Shown here: positions 23,130-34,056 of the stretch, in pieces | Layout of the letters: every line of letters begins with the position of its first letter | Numbering within the stretch: the first letter of the stretch is position 1 | NCBI GenBank assembly: GCA_013416795.1 | Contig: RQSC01000907.1 | Span: 15,641-79,640, forward strand | Length of the DNA: 64,000 nucleotides | Direction: 5' to 3' | DNA from: Prasinococcaceae sp. CCMP 1430 | Lineage: Eukaryota > Plantae > Prasinodermophyta | The notes under the pieces: generated by a model | Told to the model about the DNA's origin: nothing | The model's input: the letters and a program-made list of their open reading frames with translations, nothing else | The model's database searches: none | Position numbers and translations under genes: made by a program

Positions 23130-24875
23130 TCAATGCGGGGCGAAGAGCTCTACCCCAAGCGCGAGGCGCACAAAGTCGAGCGCGCACAACACCAGCATCG
23201 AGCAGCCCAAGGAGTCCACGAGGGCATAGCGAAGGGAATATCGGGATGGCACTATGGGCGAGTCTGCGGCAAGCGGTGGACGGCAATGGCGTCAAGTCAG
23301 CGTGGGCGCCCGCGCAGCGGGACAAAGTACGCACGCGAAGCAACGCGCCAAAGGCACGCGCTTAGGCACGCGCTCGCGCTCGCGTTCGCTCGCATCCGCC
23401 CCCGCACCCTTGTCGTCGGCCATGCATCGCTCCTTGGTGACCGAATCTTGTCCCGGAGCGGGCAACTCGGCAGCCACAGAACGTTCGTCCATCCGGAAGA
23501 ACATGGGGAAGGAGGCGAGGAAGTATATCCCGTAGAATGCGGAGCCGTACACCAACGCTGAGTAGAAATCCTCGAAAGAGTAGTAGGGAAACGCTGCGAT
23601 GGTGACCGCCTCCATGACCGCCGTGGCGTACGACATGAACACCACCAGGCTCACCTCGAGCGCGAAGCGCGCGCCTGTGCGCTCGTAGCGAGTTCGCACG
23701 AAGCGCAGCGCACCGTTGGCAAGCGCGTGATAGAACATGAAGTATGCGTGTGTCATCAGGAACATGCTGATGGGCACGTCGTTCAGGCGATGCGCCTCGA
23801 AGGTATAGTTAGCGAGGAGCACGCGGTAGAAGTAGTGTGTATACCAGTAATTGCCGACGAAGCCAAATATGGCCACCCACGCGTTCGCCTGCGTGCGGGT
23901 ACGGGTGAGCAAACGCCAGTGCGCGCGCGGTCACCAGGGTCAGTCGCGGTTCAGCGAGAGCCTTCAGGGGCGCACAACTTCCGCTCAAGACCGCACGCAG
24001 GCAGCCGCGCTCACAGCGCGCTCGCGAAGACACACGTGCGCGATTGCGCGCGCGAACGCGCGCACACCTTGAATATGTGCCTTTGGTACCACGCCAATCT
24101 TGCGTCGCACGGCGCAGGCGCGAGCGCCGGCACCAGCACGAAAGGTGCCGCACAGCTGCCACAGTACACAAGGTAGCCCCACGGCCCCCACCACTCGTAC
24201 GCCTGCGTGGCGATCACCTGTGTGAGGGCGCGTCCATGGCAGCGCCATTGTGGAGGGATCGAGCGCGATCTCATGCTGTCAGTGCTGCGCCGTGCATCTG
24301 TGCGTGTGCGCGCGCAAAAGCGCGCGGACCGACCGCGCTGGCACGCACCACCGGGACGGAGAGAATCCACAGCACCGAGTACTTCAGGCAGAACAGCTCC
24401 GACGCGCGCTTCGAGTCGGAGCCAACGGCATCAGCGAGCGCTGGCGGGAGCAAGCAGCCACCCGCGCAGGCGAAACCACGCAGCGGAGAGGCCCGGCGGC
24501 GTGACAGCAGCGCACACGCGACCACGCAGACCAGGAGGGCGCACAGGGCAATGCCCACGTCGGCGACGACGTCGCTGCGGGTGCAGAAGCGCGTTCGCAG
24601 CACCGCGCCGCGCGTGTGAGGGCGCGCGCAGGCGTGGGCGCCCATCGCGCACGTCAGCGATGGATCGGAAAGCAACACACGCACACGCGTCCCGCGCCGC
24701 TCTGACAAGGCCTGTGCGCGTCGTTGCACTGGCTGCGCTTCGCTCCGCTCCGCGCTCTCTCTCTCTCTCTCTCTCTCTCACGCGTGCGCACGCACCGACC
24801 GCTGCCCGCGCCTGGCAGCGCCGCGCGCGGCGGCGTTGGCGGCGCCCCAAAGAACGACGCCACGAAGCCACCCAT
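23130..24875 (-). CDS. CPI1: cycloeucalenol cycloisomerase (phytosterol biosynthesis), multi-exon
   Basis: Exons encode SKRASELFCLKYSVLWI, LAWYQRHIFK|ANAWVAIFGFVGNYWYTHYFYRVL, RLNDVPISMFLMTHAYFMFYH, PYYSFEDFYSALVYGSAFYGIYFLASFPMFFRMDE and ALVDSLGCSMLVLCALDFVRLALG. These match plant CPI1, and the GT-AG junctions are consistent. Confidence 0.92.
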
Positions 24876-25288
24876 CGCGCGCAGGTGACGGCGAGGCGGG
24901 CAGGACCGCACGGGCTGAGGCTCAGATGGGGTGAAGGGGGTGTGGGCGCGGTGCGAGGAGGGGTGTGGCGCGGCCGCCGACTCTCTGCCCTCAGCTCGCG
25001 GCGTCGTGCGCTCGTTTCGCGGACGCGCGTTTGGCGGCGAACACTTTTCGCAAACGCCGTTTTTGTGATCAAGACCCGGCGCCGCCAAAGCGCAGCAAGG
25101 CGCTAACGCGCTGATCGAGGACGCACCCGCCGAGGCGGAGCATGCCACAGCGCAGCCGCGCCAGGACGAGCGACACCGAGCGCTTGGCACAAGTCAATTT
25201 ACGCGCTAGTGTACAGCATGTTTGAACCGACGCGGACGTGGACGTGCGTCGCTGAACAGCAGCCACCTCGTCCCGGCGCGGAGCGCGC

Positions 25289-27922
25289 TCACACCGCCTC
25301 CCCATCATCATTGTCTCTCGAGCACTCCTGCCGGAGCATCAAAAGCATGCCGTCGTCCGTCCCAACGCAGACCTCGTCTACGAGCACGCGCGCGCATGAG
25401 CGACCGTTAGGATGCACTCGCCACGATGCATGCACGCACGGGCGAACGCGCGCGAGCGAGCGAGCGAGAGAGCACGGGAACGCACCTGTGAGCGGATGGG
25501 CGGCGACCTGCGCGGCTTGGGCGGGCAGCGTCACCGGCGCCGCAGCGATGCCCAAGCTGCGTTCCCCTGGCGGGAGGTCGAGAGATAGGAATGCCAGCTC
25601 GGACAGAGTGGCGCTCGCACTTGCTTGCGCCTCGGGCTGCAAGGCACCAACGTGCGCCGCGCTGCGCGTGAGCGCTAGCGTGCGCCCGCCATCGCACAGC
25701 GCGGGTGTCCGCGATCGCGGAGCGGAACCGACGGCGTCGCCGGCCTCCCACGCGAGTTTGGTGATGCCACCGCTGTCGTCCCGACCCTGGAGGCGTCCGC
25801 GCACATGCACGCGGGCACATCAAGCGCGGGACACATGAGTCAGTGCATGCACGCGCCAAACAAACAAACGCGCGCGCAAGTCCGTGCATCTTTTCAGACG
25901 GACGCACACGCTAGCATGTATGAGTACGCACCAGGATTCCCACCTCTCCGTTGGTGAGCACGTACGGCAGCTCGGCCGCGTGTACGTGCGCGCCAGATGC
26001 AGCAGGTACCGGCAGCGCACAGACGGCCGAGTTGTCTGAGGCCTCCCACACGGATAAGAGCGCGTGCACGCCGCCGCCCAGTCCACTCCCCACGCGCCCG
26101 CCACGGCGCGGGCCACCGCCCACTGTGGTCGCCGCCGAAAGCAGCGACTTCCCGCGTGGCTGTGGCATAGCGCTCACTTGGCTGCCGCCACTCTTTCGGA
26201 CGTCCCACGTGAGCACGCGCCCTCCCCTGGTGCCCGCGTACACAATGGTGCCGCCGGTGGCACCGTCAAGGCGCACGCAGCCGAGCGCACGAAGTGGGCC
26301 GAGGCGATTGGCGCGCCCCCCTGGTCCGAGCAACGTGGTCACAGGTCGGGGGCCAGCGCGCCTGTCCCACAGGAGCACCGTGCCGTCGCGCGTGGCCGCA
26401 GCGACGTCGTACGCTCCACCGGGTGCGAGGCAAGCTACGTCCTCGAAGGCTCGCGCGCTGCTGGCGGCGCCGCTGCCGCCGGCGCCGCCGGCGTTGCCTG
26501 CTGCGGAAGCAGACGGTGCCACAAGCATTTGCGTGGGCGTTGTCTTGCAGTACGCCAGGTCATACACGCACACGCGGCCAGACGTACGAGCGCTGAGCAC
26601 GACCTCGTTTTCATTGCGCGGGTTCCATCGTAGTGCGCTCCATTCACCACCGCGTGAGCTCAGCTCGACGAGTGGTGCCGGAGGCGCGTACGCCAGCCGC
26701 TTGTGCGCAGCCATCGCCTCGCGATCCCCTCCGGCACTCCCACCGACGCCTGCCCCCGCAATGCCCTCCGCGCGGAGGCTGCGCGACGCGTCGGCGTCTG
26801 CTGCGGCGGCCAGCGACGATGCGGCCGCCAGCTCGTTTCGCGCAGCAAGCGCAGCCGCCGCGTGTCCAACTAGAGTGGTGTGATTGTACACCGCCAGCCG
26901 CCCATCGCGCGTGCCGACTGCGAGCAGCACGCCGGTGTCATCGTACGCCATCGCGGTGGGTGTCTCTCGCACCTGCCGCGGGCTGTTGCGCGCCGCCGCG
27001 ATCTCCTCAGCCGTCGCCCACATGTTGCTGACGCCCGCGCCCGCGGTGCTGCTGGTGGCTCCGCCCGGCGCGGTGCCCACGTGCGGCAGATGCGCGCCGC
27101 CGAACAGCGCGTAGCGCGCCCGCAGCTCCGCACGCGCGCACCGAGCCGCGGCGAGCGCTCGGCGGTACGCGTGCGGTGACGCGCGCGCCCGTTCATGGAG
27201 GCCCGCGCCGCACTCGCGCAGCCGTCGCTGGCGCGCCTGCGACGCACACGGGCTAGTCAAGTACAGGTTGTGAGTGTCGTGTGCGTCGCTGACGCTCTGA
27301 ATCCGCCAGGACGAATACCGGAGCTCGTCGGGCGCGTCGGCGCCCAAGCCTGCAGGTGCGCGCGCGCACGGCGATAGGACGCGACGGCGCGGACGCGCGT
27401 GCCAGGGAGTCAGCGCGAGCGCGAGCGCTGGCGCGGATCTGGCTGCGTGTGCGTCGCCTCGGCCTGTCTCCCTCTTTCTCTCTCTCTCTCTCGCACACCA
27501 GCCAAAGCCAGCCTCTCTCGTTGGCGCGCTTTGGGAGCGCGAGACGCACCGTACGAGAACTGGCCGCTGCTCCCACGCGGCAGGGGCGCGGCGCGAACAC
27601 TGGGCGCTGGTTTGCCGACGCAATCGTGCGCGGCGGGTCCGCCGTCGGGCGCTTCGAAGCCGACGAACCACGCGTCGTCGCCGTGCTGCCGTGCCGACAG
27701 CGGGCGCGACCCTGCGCGGCCGTGCGCGCGCGCCCGCGCCCGCAGGCAATCGAAGGGATCCTCGTCGCTGTCGCTGCTGCCGTCTATTTCGTCCGCCGCC
27801 TCGGGCCGCGGCGCATCGGATCGAAGTGCGCGCACCCCCTGCTGTCTGGTGATCTTCTGTGGACGGCGATGCGCGCGCCGAGATTTGCTTGCGACGTGGG
27901 CCTCGCTCAGCGGCACGGCCAT
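25289..27922 (-). CDS. WD40-repeat protein, multi-exon
   Basis: PTAMAYDDTGVLLAVGTRDGRLAVYN, WSALRWNPRNENEVVLSARTSGRVCVYDL, DVAAATRDGTVLLWDRR, IVYAGTRGGRVLTWDVR and EVCVGTDDG. Introns 27498-27350 and 25931-25787 have canonical ends and keep frame. Confidence 0.85.
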
Positions 27923-28506
27923 GCCACATGGCACGCCCGTGCGAGGCCGCGGCGATATCGCGATCCATCCCCGTGGTCCCACCTCCCCTCCCCCACGCCG
28001 GCGTGCTATTTTTTTTTTTTTTGGTGCGAGCGGGCGCCGGCTCGGCGCGCGCGAGCGAGCGCGGAGTGCGCGCCGGACTCGAAGAGGACTGGGCCGCGGA
28101 TGGGGCGAGCGGGCGCCGCGCGCGCGCGGGCGCTCGGGGACGGACGCCGAAAAGGGTGGAGGTCCGAACCGGAATCCGGCGCGCGCCTCGCTTTGGTGGT
28201 TGCTCGCTTGCACCTGTCTGTCGTCATCACACCAGGCATTTCAAATAGACCCTACAATGAATACCTAACCCTACGTACTGTATCTACAACGTAACCCTAT
28301 CCTGCGTGCAGCGTGTACTGTACGTGCACCATCAGATGGTGCTGTACTGTGCAGGAGCTCGTCCACCATCGATGGTACACACTGCCGCGGGCGCCGCGCC
28401 ACGACGGCGCTCCGAGCAGGGGGGCACGGTCTGGTGCGACTGCGCCGTGCGAGCGCGGCGTCTCTCCGTTGCTGCGCTCCCCGCGCGGTCGCCGGGGTGG
28501 CGGCGC

Positions 28507-31500
28507 TCAGATGTACCTCCCGCCGTGCCGTCCGCCGCCCGCGTCGTCGTCGGGCTCCCCAATCGGCGCGAAGGGCTCGAACGCCCACGCGGCGTCGCGC
28601 TCCGCCGCGCCGGCTGCAGGCGACGAGCGCGGTGGTCCGACGCGCTCGGAGGCGCCCCTCTGGAGGGCCGCTTCGGCCTCGGACACCGCCGCCTCGAGCT
28701 GCGCGTCAACTCGGCGCATGTGGTCCTGGGGGCCGTTCAGAACATCCACGTGCGGCTGGAATCCTTTGTTCTCGAGCGCGTAACCCGCACCAGTCATCCA
28801 CACCCTCCAGTCGGGCACGGCCACCGTTGAACCATCCACGAGCTCGAGGGACAGGTAGTTGCACGCGACGCCACCCCATGTTCGCCGCCCCACGACGCGG
28901 CCGAGGCCGAGGTGGGAGACGGCGTGCGCGATGACCTCGCCGTCGGAGCCGGTGTTCTCATCGCACAGCACCACCACGGGCCCGACAGCAAGCAGCGGAA
29001 AGCGTCGGGAGGCGCCTCGACGAGGCACCTCGACGCCGAGCGCCCTCTGCTGCAGGTGCGCCAGCAGCACCTCTGAGCCGGCACCTCCCGCGTTGCCTCG
29101 AACATCCACGATCAATGCATCGCGTGCTGACTCGGCATGCAAGTGGCGCCACAGCTCTGCGCGCAAGCGCGCGCGTTCGCGCGTGTGCGCATCCACAAGC
29201 GTGTCAGCAGCGTGCGCTCGCGTGCGCACGCGCGTGCATGCACGCGCATGCGTGCGTGCGCACGCGTGCGCGCGTGCATGCGCGTCCTATTCACGTACCT
29301 GACAGGCCCAAACGCTCCGTGTCCGGCATGTGAAGATAGCCCACCCTTCCCGACGTGCGGGCGTGGACGCGGGCGCGACGAGCGCCAATTAGATCGCGAT
29401 AGCGGGCGTCGACCTCCGAGGAGAGGCAGCGCACGCGCACCAGGCGTGAACGGTGTGAGCCTGCATTCCCCGCACTGTTTCCTTCGCCGCCGGCGCCTCG
29501 CTCTCTCTTCTCGCGGAGTTGGCCCTTCGACCGCTTCTTCTTCGCGGCCTCTTCCGTCGACGCACTGGCTTTGCTCTTCCCCTTGTCCTTCCCATTTCTT
29601 TTCCCTCCCGCCTTGCCCGCGTCCACGCGCAGTCCCGCGAGCTGCGTCGCAATGCTAGCGCTACCAGCGCTCAAAATTTCGAGCAGCACCTCGCGCCCAC
29701 CGGCGTTGAGTAAGAGGTCGGCAGGGCTCAGCTCCGGCGTGAGCCGCACCCTGTCAATTGAGAGGATAGCATCCCCGACGCCAACATTGACGCCGGGCTT
29801 GGCCAGCGGGCCACCGCGTCGCTCATCCCACGTGTCGCCTTGCAGGACGCGCAAAACCCTGTACCCTTGCATCGCGTCGTCCCACGCAAAGTCCGCACCG
29901 AGATATCCTGGGCGGTGGCTCCGCGGCGAATCGCGCCCGCTATCCGCCACCCCAACCCAAGCGTGCGAGCTGCGCAGCTCTCCGACCATTTCCTGCATGA
30001 GGTCTTCCAGCTCGGACCGACACGCCACGCGCGCAAGAAGGGCAGCATGGCGCCTCAGACACCCAGTCCAGTCGATGCCCGCTGCGTGGTCGGGGTGTAG
30101 CGCTGCCTCGTCACGGAAGAGACGCCAAGCTTCGACGAGCATCTGAGTCCACTCTCGCTCTGGCTCCACGAGCAGGCGCACGCGGTCGAGGTCGATGAGA
30201 CCGCTCTGGGGAGTGAAAGCAGCAGGATCCACTTCCTCGTCGTCAGAGTCTTCAGTGGGCGGTTTCGCGCCCGTCGAGAACACGCGGACCTCGTCGTTGC
30301 CGTCCTCGTCGATCCCTTCGACTAGCGTGGTGCGCCCGTCCATTGACACGCTGAAAGACACCACACCGCGTTCGATGAGGGTCGACTCGCGCATGTGGCG
30401 GAGCGAAAACTTCACCAGCGACCCCGACGAGGCATCCCCCTCGCCGTCCGCCTCGTCCTCGTCGACGTCAATGCCCACTGGCGCCGAGACTACCGGAAAG
30501 ACAGTGTAGACGAGGCACTGCTTGTCAATGCCCGCAACCTGGCCGTACCGCCCAGACTCGAGTGGAAGCGCCACAGCTCTATCCAAGATTCCCTCAAAGT
30601 CTATCTCGATCGGATCTGGCGGCACCTCTTCGAATTCGGACCCGCTCGCGCCTTCGTCGTCGTCGCCGTACTCGCTGCCCTCATCCCCGTCGTCAGCGCC
30701 ACTGTCGTCATCATCATACACCGTACGTAGCATGGGCAGAAGAGGATTGGGTGTGTCCCGCTTGAGCGGAAGCACGAACGGTTTTTGCACTCGTGGAAAC
30801 GACACGTCCATGGGCTTCAACTCATCGTACACCGGCTCTGCCTCTCGGCTCGCGAGGAAGTAGAGGAAGTCTCCGGCTGGGTCCCAACTCGGACTCGTGT
30901 CTTCGAGCAGTGGGTCGGTCACCGTGCGGGCCTCGCCGGACCGAACGTCCAGAATCCTGATGGTCGCCATATGGGCGGCCTCCTCGCAGCGGCTGTATGC
31001 GAGCCAATTTCCGCACGGCGACCAGGCAAGACCTTCGATTCCGCCCGCCGACGGCGACCGGTCAGCCACGCTGTGCCGCTCTGAGTCGACATCCACCACA
31101 AGTAGCTCATGCTTGTGATTCACAAGAGCAAGGAGCGGAGCCTGAGGAGAGGCGGACATTTCCTCCACGCGACCCAGCGTCCGCGAGTCCAGCCGCAGCC
31201 GCTTGGGCTCGCCACCCTCGCGAGCTCCGCTGCCGCTCGGTTGGTGCTCCCAGTGAACCTCCAAGCCCTCCTCGCCTCCCGCATCGCTAACCAGCACGAG
31301 TCGTCGCGCGTCAAAGAGCCATGCGGCCAGGCGGACGCGGGTGCTGGCCACGAGCCTCGCGTCGTGGCGCCCCCCTTCCCCGTCTCCCCCCAGCCCCTGC
31401 GCCAGCGCCGCCACCGGCGTTCGGTCGCGCGGGCTCGCGGCGCAGCCCTCCGCAGCAGGAAACGAGAGCACAGGTCCTTCCCACAGCCCGAACGCAAACG

Positions 31501-32170
31501 CCTGCCCTCTGGCAATGGCAAGGAGCTTGAGGCCTTCGGGATGCATCGCCACGGCGTCGAGCTCCTCGTATGCGCTGAGCTCACGCGGCTCGGCCTGCGA
31601 CCGCGTGCCCCGCCAGTCCATGCGCACCTCGCGAACGTCGTTCGTCCATCCGTCCGACCGATCGAGTCGCGCCTCGAGCACGAAAATCCTGCCACCCGCG
31701 CAGAAGGCCGCGCGCACGGAGGTCTCACCCCTGTGCGCGCATGCATCGGCGTGCTCGGCGTCGATCGACACCATCCGGCACCAGAATCCGCCCGACCACT
31801 CGCCCGGGCTCGCGTGCACCACTAGATCGCCTCCGGTGCGCGCGTCCACGCTGACGATGGCTCCCGCAAGGTGGCCCTCTCCGTCCACCGCCATCAGCAG
31901 GCGGCCGCCGGCGACCCATTGCGGCGCGGCGCACTTGCCGATGCCGTGCTTCTCGTCGATGGGCAGCCGCTCGAAGCGCCCGTCGCCGTCGGCGTCGACA
32001 AAGACATCACCCGCGCGCCCACCGCGGTACCCCTTCCACTCCGCTCCACCTGGCTCGCCAACGCCGCGCGCCACCAGCCGGCCTGGGCCCCCGCCGGGCT
32101 CGAAGGCCGCCGCGTCCGCGGGTCCGAGCGGGAGCGGGGTCACGCCGCCGTCCCTGGGGCGGGCGCCGGC
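28507..32170 (-). CDS. tricorn protease homolog (peptidase S41B); exons >=32170..29299 and 29156..28507; N-terminus not located
   Basis: WKGYRGGRAGDVFVD; beta-propeller repeats IEGLAWSPCGNWLAYS and DTSPSWDPAGDFLYFLASR; EWTQMLVEAWR..RD; C1 MVGELRSSHAWV; PDZ-like PGYLGADF..GPLAKPGVNVGVGDAILSID; GRVGYLHMPD; LIVDVRGNAGG; VVLCDENTGSDGE; GRRTWGGV; ENKGFQPHVDV; DAQLEAAV. The 142-nt intron 29298-29157 (GTACGT..CAG) keeps frame. Confidence 0.93.
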
Positions 32171-32179
32171 GCTAGACGG

Positions 32180-32625
32180 CGGCCATTGCAGCGCGCGCGC
32201 GCGCGCCCGCGCGCGGGCTGCGGCGCGCGTGTGTGTGCACGCGGACGCTCGCTCCCTCGTGTGCGTGTGTGTGTGTGTGCGTGTGTGCGCGCCCGCGCGC
32301 TTGTGGGGCGCACGCGAAAACGCGACGCCGCACGCACGCGTGCGCACACGCACGCGCGCGCGAGTGCGCTCTCTGTGCGCTGGCCATATCCGAAAATCTG
32401 TCCAACATCTTCGGGGGTCGCGCGCGCCAGAGTGCGCGCGTGCGTGCGGGCGCACACACGTGTGTGCGTGCACACACACAGGCACACGCGCGCACACACG
32501 CACGCACACACACGCACACACACGCACACACACGCGCGCGCGCGCACACACACGTCCGTGCTCGCGTAGGCACCCACGCGCGCGCGCGTGCGCGCACATA
32601 CACAGTGCACGCGCTCGAGCGAGCA
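32180..32625. repeat. long alternating purine-pyrimidine (CA/TG/CG) microsatellite tract
   Basis: Interleaved (gc)n, (gt)n and (ca)n runs over about 450 bp. Confidence 0.85.
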
Positions 32626-32817
32626 AGAGAGCAAGGGCGAGAGGGAGAGAGAGAGGACATGGCGACGCTCGCGTGCGCCGCGCGGGGCGCGCGGTGTGGC
32701 AGCCGCCGCGGCTGCGGCCGTTGCTGCGGCTGTGCCCCGCTCCCGCTCCCGCACCTCTCCCGGGAAAGAGTAGAATTCATTAAAATGTACTGTACATGTA
32801 TGTTACCCACGAGCCGC

Positions 32818-33291
32818 TCAGCCGTCGAAGAGGGAGGCCTTGCGCCGTCGCCTGTCCGCCACGACGGCCGCCCCGAGCCTGCGCTGGCACTCCTTGTAGC
32901 GCTCGAACAGCCCGCCGCACGCGTCGGCGTCGGCGTGCGCGCCGCTGCCGCCGTGCTCGAGGCGGCAGAGCAGCGACGCCTGCGAGGTCGCCGCGCCGGC
33001 GCGTCGGGTCAGCGCTCGGCGCGCGCTGGACGCGGCGGGCGGGACGGGCTGCGTGGGGTGGGGTGGGGTGCGGTGGGTGGTGGGTGAAGTGGGCAGGGGA
33101 TCGGGGAGCGAATGGGCCAAGGCACCGGAGTGCAGCACCCCGCTCGCCCCGTGGCGCGGGTGGCGCCAACCCACCTCCCTCTCCGGACGGCACGCGTCGC
33201 GCAGCAGGCGCCCGTCAGCGTCGACGCGCGCCTCCACGGGCACCAGCGGATCGACCGCCGCGCCGCCGGGAGCGCCCGCGCCCGCCGCCAT
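32818..33291 (-). CDS. twin CX9C (CHCH) mitochondrial intermembrane-space protein, COX23/COX19-like; exons 33291..33175 and 32979..32818
   Basis: Splicing (GAG|GTGGGT ... GCTGAC ... CAG|GCG) gives DACRPEREASLLCRLEHGG...ACGGLFERYKECQRR, which has two exact CX9C motifs. Confidence 0.8.
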   Translation of the reverse strand: MAAGAGAPGGAAVDPLVPVEARVDADGRLLRDACRPEREVGWRHPRHGASGVLHSGALAHSLPDPLPTSPTTHRTPPHPTQPVPPAASSARRALTRRAGAATSQASLLCRLEHGGSGAHADADACGGLFERYKECQRRLGAAVVADRRRRKASLFDG

Positions 33292-33641
33292 CGCCGCGCA
33301 CCACCCGCCCACTACCAGCGCCGCGCGCAGCCTCGCGGCGGAGCCTCCCAAGCGCCCTCCCTCCCTCCTTCCCGCAGCGCCACGCGAGGCGTGTGCCGAC
33401 GCCGCTGCGCCGCGCCCGCGCTGCTCCTCGGCTGGACCTGAGCGTGCCGCGAAACGCGCCGAGCGCGCACCCCCACATTTGAGGTTTTTTATGTAGGGTC
33501 CATGATCTTCGTCAGATCGCACGCGGCGTTCGCGCCGCCGCCGTTTCGCGCGGTACTGCCTCTCGGCTCCCATGCGTTTGGACTGTTGCGGGGGCGGGCG
33601 CGCACTGGCACGTCCGGAGCACGCACTGTATGTGTAGCTGC

Positions 33642-33870
33642 TTTCACTCGATGCATGTACCCACGGGCGATCTCATTATCAGATTGCATGCGTCTGACCG
33701 GAGCGCGTGCACGTGCACGTGCACGTCCTTTCACTCGATTCATGTGCCCACGGGCGATCTCATGATCAGATTGCATGCGTCTGACCGGAGCGCGTACACG
33801 TGTATGTGTGGGTCCTTTCACTCGAGTCACGTACCCACGGGCGATCTCATGATCAGATTGCATGCGTTGC
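33642..33870. repeat. 87-bp tandem repeat, about 2.6 copies
   Basis: Units begin TTTCACTCGA at 33642, 33729 and 33816 (period 87) and share CCCACGGGCGATCTCATxATCAGATTGCATGCGT. Confidence 0.92.
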
Positions 33871-34056
33871 GTCGGGGCGGTCCGCCGGAGAGCTGTTGGG
33901 GCCCGCGCTCGCTCTCGGCGCGCTCGGCAGCGCCGCGAGTGGGGGGGTGGGGTTCGCTATCGCAGCATGCTTGGGTGGCACAGGTCAACCCCGGAGCTTC
34001 ACCCTCGAAACCACCGGGTAGAAGGTCCCAGTACCAGTGCCAGAGTGACTGCCGTN

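Noticed and set aside
28264-28300. Telomere-like AACCCTA motifs (also 15795-15802 and 14444-14453)
   Set aside because: These are isolated, imperfect copies. They may be telo-box promoter elements but do not form an interstitial telomeric array, and support is too weak to call.
28507-32170. Bacterial contamination as the source of the tricorn gene
   Set aside because: It contains a frame-preserving GT-AG intron with host-type microsatellite content and lies without a gap between spliced algal genes. Long-read confirmation is still desirable.
33642-33870. CRISPR-like array
   Set aside because: The units are tandem near-copies along their whole length with no unique spacers. There are no cas genes and the context is eukaryotic.
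33630-34056. Cys/His-rich repeat N-terminal extension of Sec1 as given by ORF 33630..36056
   Set aside because: The frame passes through an N at 34056 and starts at a non-ATG codon. Codon usage differs from the Sec1 body, so it is not accepted as coding without cDNA.
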